From NCBI RefSeq assembly GCF_947568905.1, contig NC_079170.1:78864001-78928000 (forward strand): 64,000 nt of DNA. The letters are read 5' to 3'. The position numbers and the translations under genes are program-made. Shown here piece by piece: positions 40,087-50,981 of the stretch. Origin of the DNA: Ostrea edulis (lineage: Eukaryota). The notes under the pieces are model-generated. The model did not search any database. It worked only from the letters and a program-made list of their open reading frames with translations, and had not been told where the DNA came from. Every line of letters begins with the position of its first letter. The stretch's first letter is position 1.

Positions 40087-40966
40087 GACAATATCTTCGT
40101 GGTCTTTGGTGATCAGGTCTTCCAACAGTCTGTTGGAATTCCCATGGGCACGAATTGTGCTCCTTTGTTAGCTGACCTGTTTTTATATTCATATGAAGCA
40201 GAATTTATTCAAAAACTTCTACGTGAGAAGAAAAATCTCTCGCTGTGACCTACAATTCGACTTTTAGATATATCGATGACGTTTTGTCTATTAACAATGA
40301 TATCTTTCATTCATATGTCGATTTGATATATCCCTGTGAGCTCGAAATAAAGGACACCACAGAGTCGTCCACTTCTGCTTCATACTTAGATATTTTATTG
40401 AAAGTAGACATTAACGGCAAACTGACAACTCAACTGTATGACAAACGGGGTGATTTCAGCTTCTCCATCGTCAACTTCCCACATTTATGTAGCAATATTC
40501 CATTATCACCTGCATATGGTGTTTATATATCTCAACTAATTCGATATGCAAGAGCTTGTTCTGGGTATAGTCAGTTTTTAAATCGAGGTAAGCTACTGAC
40601 AAACAAGTTGATGGTACAGGGATTTCAACAGTCTCGATTGAAGTCAGCATTTTGCAAATTCTATGGTCGTTATAACGATCTAGTTCGTCAATACGACCTC
40701 GCATTGGGTCAAATGCTGTCTGACGTGTTTCATACCGATTGTTAAGCCGTTCTTGGCACACTGATTTTGACTGCGGATAACTCCGTTTACCTGATCAGGA
40801 TATGGGGCTCACGGCGGGTGTGACCGGTCAACAGGGGATGCTTACTCCTCCTAGGCACCTGATTCCACCTCTGGTGTGTCAAGGGGTCCGTGTTTCCCAA
40901 CTATCTATTTTGTATTGCTTGTTGGAGTTATGAGATTGATCACTGTTCGTTATCTTCACCTTGCAT
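40087..40966 (+). mobile_element. 5'-truncated Penelope-like (Naiad-type) retroelement, RT C-terminal half plus 3' tail
   Basis: Translates as DNIFVVFGDQVFQQSVGIPMGTNCAPLLADLFLYSYE...FRYIDDVLSINN...AYGVYISQLIRYARAC...HTDC*, with one -1 frameshift in an A-run near 40231. No C-terminal GIY-YIG follows the RT. Confidence 0.85.
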
Positions 40967-41540
40967 GAAGATGTAAAAGGTGTTAAGAAAGATCTACAGT
41001 GTCTAGAAACTAACATGAACTCAATGGGAAATGTGTTTGATCCAGTTAAGGAATCCGTCGAATCCAATAAAACTTTTATGTCTGACTGTAAGAAAACCAT
41101 ACAGCAGTGCACACAGGCCCAGAACATCACAAAGGACAAAATGACAGCAGAGCTGAGGACTGTCAGGGAGGAGAACGAGAAGTTACAGATTTCTGTCATC
41201 GACCTCAAAGTGCGATCTATGCGTGATAACCTTGTGTTTTCTGTAATACCGGAGGATAAGCGTGAGGACACAGAGGAGGTTCTAAGGGAATTTCTTTATC
41301 AAAAATCTAAACTAGATTACGAAGTACAATTTGAACGAGTCCACAGAATGGGGAGGTGGAATGAGTTTAACGAACATCCACGGAAAATTATAGGTAAAGT
41401 TAACATATTTCAAAGACAGGGAATTTATTCGAACATGAGCTGCTCAAAAGCTGCGAAGATCAAGAGTATGGGTGAATGAAGTTTCCATCCGAAATAGAGG
41501 AAACGACGAAAAAACTGTGCTCCAGTTATCAAAAGCTGAC
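40967..41540 (+). pseudogene. Relic of a non-LTR retrotransposon ORF1 (L1-ORF1p-like coiled coil, RRM and CTD)
   Basis: A coiled-coil stretch is followed by RSMRDNLVFSVIPEDKREDTEEVLREF...FERVHRMG...HPRKII, then frameshifts into TYFKDREFIR. The ORF-track start (TTG CAT) comes from the adjacent PLE tail. Confidence 0.7.
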
Positions 41541-42559
41541 CTTGAACTTGGAACCAGTGAAAATGTGATCTTTTTAATATGTACATAGACACTGAAAAAT
41601 AATGCTTGATTTTCATAAACTTCCGGTAGAATCTCTAAAAAAAAAAAAAAAATTTTTTTTAATTTCTACTCAGATCGTAAGTAAATCGTTTGATTAAATT
41701 TTATAGTATATGCTTTTATACGTTGTTGGTTTATCACTGTCTACGGCGTACATCATATATATACGGAGGTATGACGTCGACACGAAAGTTATGGGGAACA
41801 TGTGTGTTTCTCGAAAGGTTTTTACGCCGGTTATAAATATGCGATTTTTTAAACAAGAAGAATATTTTCTGTTAATGTATTTATGGTGTGTAAATATCAA
41901 TCTTGTCCAAGAAATTGCGGTATTTAGAATGGCTATTTACGATGTCAACATTACGGGGTTTTTGACACTTTTCTGCAACCAATGGTGATTTAAATTATCT
42001 CTTTACACTACAAACACAAAGCATTTTTTTTAATCAAAAGAAAATAAGACATTATAAATGTGATAATGAACTCGAACTCATGAATTTCATCAACTTTTAT
42101 TAAGGATTAAATTTTGGCTATGAAGGGGGCCTACAAACAAGCATACCATATGATATATGGGATAGAAGTTCGGACTACAGGGTGGGGTCAAACTTGGTAG
42201 ATAATGTGTAAAATATTTCAATGGCATCTTCATTAATGCTATTGATACCAAAATTAAGACTAAATACATGTAGATATTTAGAAGGAGCAGGTAGCCCGTT
42301 ACAAAATTCTAATTTTCATGATCCCAGGGGTAAGGTTTTGGTTCACGGGACAGGTTGGGCCAAAATTATTATAATCTTCATAATTGTGTTTACCAACATC
42401 ATATAATTATTATACAGTTTAAATGTCAACGTAGTTAACAGTTTCGGGACATTATTTCCCATCCATGTTATTTCCTTATAGAAAATGTATCATTTGGTTA
42501 TGTGAAAATCAAAAAAGTTATGCATGAATTTTCTTTCCTGTTGTTTCTCCTCATTAACA

Positions 42560-42890
42560 TTACAGACATAGTTTATGAAGTCGGCTAAGCGCTTTTCAAT
42601 ACTTTCAGTACTTTGATTTCTATTCAGGATAAAACCTAAATTAGAGGCGGTAATTCGTCCGTTCTTTTCTGCAAACTATCTTGTTCTGATGTTCTGGTCT
42701 TCGGGTGTTTTGTTCAATCTCTTACAATTTTCAAACGATACATTAAGGTCTTGCCAGTGGTGTTTTTTGTCACAAAGTCCAGCACTCTCAAGGATAAGCA
42801 ATATCTATGGCTTTGGATAATGTGTTTGACCACAAGCATCTGCTCCTTCGGAACAAGGTTGTTCAATGGGTGGTGTCAAGGGAGCCTATA
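42560..42890 (-). pseudogene. Degenerate YqaJ/lambda-exonuclease-like ORF
   Basis: Frameshifted IEQNTR-DQ followed by (TAG for W)FAEKNGRITASNLGFILNR, matching the YqaJ TRxQ...W...R..RITAS motif. There is a splice acceptor near 42890. Confidence 0.6.
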
Positions 42891-42939
42891 TACAAATATA
42901 AATATTGGTAAATGATGTTTTAAACTTTTTTTTATTTCA

Positions 42940-43690
42940 GATACAAACAGTCTTGTTGTAATAGCTACGGCTGCTGAGAAGAGGAGGTTAGATGAAGCCA
43001 TAATATCTCTCAGAGACGAAAAAAGAAATTAAATTGTGAACAAATACATTTACAGGACAGTTCAAGTGAAAAGTATAGTATGAGATATGGTAACTTAAAA
43101 ACGGAAGAATTTAAGTATTATACAAGATTTTCATCCGCAACATTTAATGTTATTATACCAGTTTTAGTTCCTGTAGATGAGCTACCTGAATACTCGAAAC
43201 ACATCAATCTTAGTATGAAAGATCAAAATCAACTTACCACAAAATTTAGACCTTAAACTTTTGTCTCGCCTCTTTGGAACTGCAGTGTTATTTTTAGTAA
43301 CTGGATACATTTCATGTTTTACTGCTTTGGATCAGTACCTATTTGGCCAGACGGAAATATCATTATGACGAAAATGAAGAAGAATTTCCTACTGCTTTTG
43401 TTATCATTGATGGTACTGAGGTGAAAATAATTCAAAGGCCTAATTCGTAACAAAACAGGGTCAGATTTACTCTGACTATAAATCCAGCACAACTCGCAAG
43501 GGTTTAGCTGATATTGATACTAGAGAATCTATCATATTTGCCTCTGATATTTTCAGGGTCAATTTCTGACAATGACAATACCCATCAGAGTGGATTTTTC
43601 AAAATTTGAAAGGGAGTAATTAAAGAAGGTAAAATACATGAGGAGATGGGATGATAGCCTTAAAAAGATGGGTCTTAGGTTAAATATATA
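42940..43690 (+). pseudogene. Degenerate Harbinger/ISL2EU-type DDE transposase (HTH_Tnp_4 and DDE_Tnp_4-like)
   Basis: Frameshifted remnants read EEFKYYTRF, LSMKDQ, SVIFSNWIHFMFYCFGSVPIWPD, VIIDGTEVKIIQRP, QIYSDYKSSTTRKGL and SISDND...QSGFF. Confidence 0.75.
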
Positions 43691-45071
43691 TTACAATTTG
43701 CTCCTGCTTCAGGTTGAACATAGGTTCATGGCGGGTGTGACCGGTCGGCAGGGGATGCTTGCTCCTCCTAGGCACCTGATCCCACCTCTGGTATATCCAG
43801 GGGTCCTTGTTTGCCAAACTCTCTATTTCATATTCCTTATAGGAGTTATGGGATTGATCACTGTTCGTTATCTTCATCTTCCATTAAAGCATTTGATGTG
43901 AATATGACAGAAAAAAACTGTTATTCATAGAGTGCATACAGAAAGAACTATTGCTAGAGTATAATGCACAGCAGAATTTATCTTAGTTTATTTAGTGCAA
44001 TAAATCTAATCTACATGGTTTGTTAGTTGCTTTTTAACAAATTAAAACCCTCACCTTATCCAGGATCAAATAATATGCTGATCTCTTTACATGATATGAT
44101 AATGCTGATCAAAGTGGCTGTTGTGATTAACTAGCATCAACCATTTTGCTTGGTGCTGACACAATTTATGGGATTGGTGCGGACACGTTGTTTTAAATCT
44201 GGCAATGTGGGAGTCTTCCAGGTTAATCTTTCTACAAAGCAATATTCTTCATTCAAAATATACATTTTACTTGTGTAATGAAATATTTGAGGTTGTCATT
44301 TACTAAAGCCATGCACATAACAACCTCCACAAACTGCCAGGCATCTCAACAATATCTTGTTTCTGTTATTTTTAAATGGAAACTTCATTTCTTTTGCTTC
44401 AGTAGTAAATGGTTGTTAAATTAAAGTTTGAATTGAATATATATATATAGTAAAGATGCACGATTTGGAAGTATGCACATGTGTAGATGATTTTATTTTG
44501 TATTATTATTATCCCGTGGGGATCCGGATTAGAATAGGTCCTCAGTATCCCTTGCTTGTCGTAAAAGGCGACTAAATGGGGCGGTTCTTCGGACCGCCCA
44601 GTATTCCGATAGTCCGACGGGCCGGTATGTCAACAAGTAAGATGGCATGGATAACTTAATGATTTTGTATAATTTAATAATTAAATCATATAATAAAATG
44701 AATGTTTTTTCGCTCGTATTCAAAAACTACATGTATCATTTTGTTATAAATTCATGAAAAGGTGTCACACAAGTATTTTGAATATGTGATGTTTTCATGT
44801 ATAATGTATTGTTTTTCTCTTTAATTACATTGTAAGTCATTAATTTTCGATTTCGACTACCGTATTAACGCGCTCCAGCGATTATCGACAATGTTTATTG
44901 ATAATCTCAATGTTGGCTTAGCTCCTCCCACTAGTTATTTTAACCCCGCCTATTGGGACTGGTGGGACTGCGTTCCGTTTTTTTTTTTTTTTACTGGAAC
45001 TGCTGCGGGACTGCCCCGGGAACTGCTGCGGGACTGCCCCGGGACTGCTTTCTGTCAGGTTGGTACTGCAT

Positions 45072-45255
45072 TCGGAACTCCTCGAATGTCTCGCGCACTC
45101 GACATAGATCTCGGATGTAATACGATGGCATCCATGAGCGAATTTGATGCATTGCTGTGACGTCACAATTGAGAATGCATCAAATTCGCTCATGGATGCC
45201 ATCGTATTACATCCGAGATCTATGTCGAGTGCGCGAGACATTCGAGGAGTTCCGA
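45072..45255. repeat. Perfect inverted repeat, 82-bp arms, 20-nt spacer
   Basis: 45072-45153 is the exact reverse complement of 45174-45255. Confidence 0.95.
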
Positions 45256-45946
45256 TTGGTTGGTACTGTACAGTATTCACCTCGTCCTTTTGGTCAGAAA
45301 TTGATTGCCTGAGTTTTAATCAGGCCGTGTCGATTTTGGCGGTTTCTGGTAATTTCCATAAAATAATGCCTGACATGAATAAATTTTAACTCTATTAATT
45401 AAAATGTTTGGTGATGGTCAAAATGTCAGAATATTGGACCGTTGGACGTTTTTCATACGTAGTCTCATCACCCGAATTTGACCGATACACGAACTAAGTA
45501 AATGATAAGTATTCAGGGAGTAATTAAATACATGGACTTCTTTTTATATCATGTTATTTCGTTGTTCGTACGTATCATACCAAGGATATTACTTGCAAAT
45601 ATGACATTGTGTTTTATGATTCCACTTTAGTAAAACATCTCTTTCGATAGTATTCTGTATTTCAAAGAGAAGCCACATTTATTACATTTTATCGTCTTCC
45701 TTTCTGACGATAGGTCCACTCTGTCCCACTTAGGCATTCCAAGTTCCACTAAATGCATCTCCTACACAGAATAGTTCTCATCTCGAAACTGACGTGTTAA
45801 GAAGAAATTTTGAATGTTGTATATACTAATGCTATTAAGTAAATATTCACCAATAATTATTGACCAGAATTATTTACCCTGTACCTGTTATCATTATACG
45901 TGGCCATAGCTGGCTTCCTGTTCCGGGTACTATTACCAGGTCTTGA

Positions 45947-46176
45947 ACCGGTTGCGGTGGCTCAGTGGTAGAACGTTCGCTTCATAACCGGGAGATCGTG
46001 CGCTCGAGCCCCGCTCGTGCCATGGCCGAGTCAAGCCAAAGACATTGAAATAGGTAGTGATTGCTCCTTCACCAAACACTCGGCATTTAGAAGTCAAAAG
46101 CACAGGTCTTTTGAATATGACCTTAAAATGGAAGTACTGTGTCGCGACAGGCGTTGGCACGTTAAAGAACTCTCAC
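45947..46176 (+). mobile_element. tRNA-derived SINE, 3' truncated
   Basis: Same family as 20390-20727. Decayed copies lie at about 18211-18340 (-) and 49390-49590 (+). Confidence 0.8.
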
Positions 46177-46193
46177 GAACCGGACCGGTGACC

Positions 46194-48367
46194 GCCCAGT
46201 ATTCCGACGGTCCGATAGTCCGACGGTTCGGTAGTCCGACGGTCCGGTAGTCCCACGGTCCGATAGTCCGACACTCCGATAGTCCGACGGTACGGTAGTC
46301 CGACGGTCCGAGAGTCCGAAACTCCGATAATTTGTGGCCACATATATAAGAGATCGCTATGTAATAGGCAGCAGAAAACAGGATTAAGTGCCGTATGCCA
46401 GAGCGATTTTTTACGTCACAAGAGCAAAACATCGCACAGTGGGAAAACTTTGAACAGGTTCGACCTACATCGGGTACCTGTAAAGTGCGAAACGAAACGA
46501 AACAAAATCTACCGAAACGTAACCCACCGAAACGAAACGAAACAGATTGTATAACCGAACTCTATTAATTATAATAATTAAAAATGGTGTATAACCGAAC
46601 TCTATTAATTATAATAATTAAAAATGGTATTTTAAGCCCCTGTTAAAGTTACCGCATATAAATAAAATTTGCCTCCCCATTGTGGTAAGCTTTCGGCTTG
46701 ACAGATACAAAGTTTTAAAAGTTGGAAGAGGGTGAGTAAGCACAAAGTTCATATCCGAAGTTGATTGAATACCCTGTGCAATTAGTTTCGGATCCATAAA
46801 TTGCAGAACAGAGGGTTACAGTTCGGCATAAATATACGTTTCAGTATTTTTTGCTCTAAAGTCAAATCTATGTATAATGTGGATATTGTGTGTTGGTATG
46901 TAGTATATCAAACGGTGGATTCTGAGTGTATCTTCCCGTTCTCTTTGCAATTTCTGCTTCCCTTGTTCATAAGCCTTTTGAGTTTACAAAATGCTGACCT
47001 CCTCCTGATATTATTGCATAAAAAATTATGTTTTCCGTCCCGTTTTCAATTCCCCGTCCTAGCAACAAAACAAATATATAGAGTTATATTTAGACTCACT
47101 ACATATCAATAATAATTTTTAATAACACGCATATATATATTTTACCGAATTGCATTAATATAATATGGTATACTATCTAACCTTTTCCATTATTGAAAGT
47201 ACTCGCACCTCAGCAGTTAGAGATAAAATAAAAGGTTAAGAGCTCTTCCTACTTTCAAATTTCTCAGACACCAGTTTCTTAAAACAATGTATCTATACCC
47301 AAAAGCGGATCCAACGCCAGCGACCCCACCCCTTGTTTAGTGTGTTTCGCCAGACCTTTGAGACTGTAACTCTCCGTTCTGAAATTTATTGATCTGAAAC
47401 TAATTGCACATGTTATTTAATCAACTTCGGATTTGTACATTTTGCTTACTCACCACCTCCCCCCACCCTTTCCAGCTTTTAAAACTGTGTATCAGTCAAG
47501 CTGCAAGCCTATATCAAAGGGGGAGCGAATTTTATTTATATGTGGTAATTTTCACAGGGGCCTAAGATACCATTTCTAATAAAAGAGTTCGGTTATACAA
47601 TTTGTTTCCTTTCATTTCGGTGGGTTTTCGTTTCGGTAGATTTCGTTTCGTTTCGCACTTTACAGGTACCCACCTACATCTACATGTATATATTTCGGCA
47701 TCGTCGGAAGCCCACAGTTGATTACGCTTCGTTCCTTTCTCCATCACCCGTGGGTTCATTCATTCCTACTCGCTGTGTGTGTGTGTATATGTATGTATGT
47801 CTGTCTGTCTGTTTGTATGTATGCTGAATCTAAGGAACATTTTCATCGCGTCTTTATAGAGAGCTATGTAGATACATGTAGTTATACATATATAAAGATA
47901 TCTATAGGCTTGTAGGGAGGGCTGAGAGTGGATACTCGTCAGGGACGTAGCAACAGAGAGGGGGGGGGGCTGATCCCTTCCCCACTTTTTAAAAAAATTT
48001 CCTTTCTTCTTTTTTACATGTTAAAACTCTTTTTAGTTCGGCTGCCCCCCCCCCCCCCCCTCCCACTAATTCGTCCGAAGAAATTGCTAATTTGTCCGAA
48101 CGATTTTCTATTTCGTGCGAACAAATAGCTAATTCGTCCGAACGAATAATATATTTATATATGGCCTTTCTACGCCGCCGTAAGTTCACACTTGAATGAT
48201 TTTGGTCAGAAATTGATTGTCTGATTTATAATCAGGCCGTGTCGATTTTGGCGGTTTCTGGTAATTTCCTTAAAATAATGCTTGACATGAATACATTTTA
48301 ACTCTATTAATTAACATTTTTGGTGATGGTCAACATGTCGGACTATCGGACCGTCGGAATACTGGGC
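46194..48367. mobile_element. Non-autonomous TIR element with 16-bp subterminal tandem repeats, hosting the MULE
   Basis: TIR GCCCAGTATTCCGAC / GTCGGAATACTGGGC, and about 8 GTCCGACGGTCCGATA-like units at 46201-46330. A second copy at about 44596-45450 shares the left end and a ~170-bp right block. Confidence 0.6.
46472..47671. mobile_element. 1.2-kb Mutator-like (MULE) non-autonomous element
   Basis: Long (over 300 bp) TIRs beginning GGGTACCTGTAAAGTGCGAAACG, with an exact 9-bp TSD ACCTACATC at 46463-46471 and 47672-47680. Confidence 0.85.
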
Positions 48368-48799
48368 TTGATCCATCCTGCGTTTTTTTTGGGCCTCTTG
48401 GTTTATCCCATTGTTGGGGAATGCTTGTTGATTAGGGTTCTGCTGGAAGATCGTTATAACCACACATCTACCAAGATTCGATCATCATTACCAATGCTAA
48501 AATATGTGCACATTTTCCACCAGAACTTAATGAAGAAAACAAAATCGTATTTTTCCAGACAGTGATAAAATGCAAGTATTTTTTAATATTTTAAGAGAAT
48601 GTACTTAGTAAGATCATTTATCAAAATCATTTGCCCCTTGTGTTTGTCTCTGTTGGTTCACACGACAAGTATTTCGAGGCAACATCACCGAGAGCATGCA
48701 ATCAGCTGGTGTCAATATCTTACTCGCCATGTTTGTCGGAGAATCAGCAGTTATCTCCCCTCTCACGATGAGCGTGGTTTCACGTTACATTATGATGAT

Positions 48800-49320
48800 A
48801 TCAACACATGAATTGATGCGCCCTGCAATTCATTTGAAGAGAGCAATGATTCATTTTATACATGGATTAATTCAATTATTGAACGCAAAAATTGAATTAT
48901 TGCTCGCTTCATTTGAATTGTAACGCGTATCAATACAAGTAATGTTCGCAATAATTGAATCGTTGCTTTTTTCAATTCAATTAATGATATCATTTATTCA
49001 ATTGATGCACGCATTTAACGGAATAGTTGCTTTCCTTCAAAGAATTATGCGCGTGTTGATTTATCATGCAAAAACGTTGCAAATAATAAAAATATCTTCA
49101 TTTGAATGAAAGAGATCATCAAATCATTTATACCGAGCTCGAAATTAAATTTTGCGAGGAAGAATTCCAACGCATTGATGAATGCATCAATTATTGCTCT
49201 CATGAAATGAATTGCGCGGAATAACTGAATTGATGCGCACGTCAAGTCCATTTATGAGAGAAATAATTTACTTGATACGAGCATCAATTCATTTATTGAA
49301 CGCAATAATTAAATTGATAT
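48800..49320. repeat. Degenerate 21-bp-period repeat
   Basis: Recurrent AATTGATGCGC.C.TCAATTC-like units. A related shorter tract lies at about 21275-21450. Confidence 0.6.
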
Positions 49321-49972
49321 TTTCACATAATCAACGGTATCTTCATTTATTTGAATGTATGTTAATGTGGCGCTCCATGCGTGAATGTTCCTTACTCAAA
49401 TGCCTGGCATTAGAAGTGAAAATCAGAGGCATTATGGATATGAACTTGAAAATGGAGGTCTCGTGTCGCGACAGTCGTTGGCATGACAAACTCTCATTGC
49501 TATGAGCTCGAGCATCATTCATAGGTCAAAATGTGTGGCAATTCACCCACAAACTGGTCATGTCTCTACGTGAGTGCAAAATTCCAAAACAATACTCAAA
49601 CATACGATCAAATCCTTCATGCCAATATGAAAGGTCAGTGCTTTTAAATGAATAACAAAGCATATTGAAATAGAATAAGTTTAGTACGGACAAACATCGT
49701 ATGTAAACACCTGATATTACAGTAGCAAAATTGCGTAAAGTAAGACAGGGACTCACAATGAAATAAAGTGATTGAGCATTGAGACACATATACATGTCTA
49801 TAACATTTCCTGGTTGATAATAAACCGAAACAAGATGTCTACCATGTCAACAAGGAAACAATTATATCATATATAGATAATAATGTGTACAAACATAAGT
49901 AAAAGATAATAAATTATATTCTTGAAAGTCTACCAAATTCAGTACATGATACTGCCGAAATTACTAAATGTT

Positions 49973-50981
49973 CTATGTTCTCTTAAAATGATGGAACACG
50001 CTGCCGACAGCTTCCCAGTATGGAACACAGCAGCAATTCATGCAGTTGGCAAACATCCTCTGGCACAGACCGCAGTTAATCTCGCAGATCTTCAGACATG
50101 GGCTGATGAACCAGATGTGGGTGAATGCGATGATGGCAAACTCACATCCCCATTCAGCGGCAATCCAGCACCCGAGGTAGAAAGTCAGCAGCTTGTAGAG
50201 AATGCCCTTCCACAAGTTGAAGCAGGTGTGGGACAGTTTGTAGGCACAGTCTATGCTGTGGGTCCCGTCTGGTTCTCCGATCACATCGTTAAAATGGAGA
50301 GTCTAAGAAAATGGTATAGAGACATGTATCATCCAACGGAATAAACGGGGACATTTATATTGGGCTATTCGAAGCAAGGACTATGTGAAGTGTTAAAAGA
50401 AACTGTCGGAAGAAAATCAGACAAAAGCTGATCGGAATTTGGATCCGTAAATTTTGAAATGGAACATTTTGTTCGTGAATGTGTTTAGTTTGATAATCTC
50501 TGAAAAATGAATATATAAACCAATGTTATAAACTCAACATATGACATGGTCGCAATTCGTAAGAATTCGCGCTATTCAGCGATTCGTTACGCGGGAGAAT
50601 CGCCACTGTTCTTACCGGATATGGCAAAGAAGCAAAATTCAAAATGAGACAAATCACATACTAATTAGAATACAAATCTAGAGAGAGTACCGTCTTTTCT
50701 ATGGACAGTTTCTTATAACTTCAATGACTAATTTCGTCATAATATGATAGCAGAAGTTAGTTAATCAAGACCAAACTATGTCAATGCAATTTTTTTTTTT
50801 TGGTGGATTCCAAGATTTTGAATTTACTGAAGAATTCGATTACCCCAAGATGAGCGTTTAATCCATTGGGATCCCTGTTCTCCAAATCAACTTCCTCTGC
50901 TCCCGACATTTTGGAATGGTGACTGCTTGAGACGGTCTTGAGACTGCTTTTAGATGTGTGGTTACTGCTTGACGTTGACAT
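49973..50981 (-). CDS. CAV: Caveolin (copy A), 131 aa from ATG 50909 or 155 aa from in-frame upstream ATG 50981
   Basis: Exon 1 50981/50909-50844 (MSGAEEVDLENRDPNGLNAHLG) and exon 2 50302-49973, joined by a phase-0 GT-AG intron. It carries the caveolin signature variant FNDVIGEP, THSID, and a WG..FA....HIW...PC intramembrane segment. Confidence 0.93.

Noticed and set aside
40745-40966. SECIS element in the PLE 3' tail
   Set aside because: I could not identify the AUGA...AA...GA arrangement, and the visible RT has no genuine in-frame UGA.
44891-45389. ORFs sharing an identical peptide on opposite strands (GTPRMSRALDIDLGCNTMASMSEFDA)
   Set aside because: This is a direct consequence of the 82-bp palindrome, not evidence of coding.
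46201-46330. Regularly spaced repeats resembling a CRISPR array (also 11085-11238)
   Set aside because: These are head-to-tail tandem units with no unique spacers, no cas genes, and a eukaryotic context.
49922-50344. Antisense ORFs over exon 2 of both caveolins (also 55340-55666)
   Set aside because: They are in the same codon register as the sense frame and open only because the exon avoids TTA, CTA and TCA codons. No independent evidence supports them.
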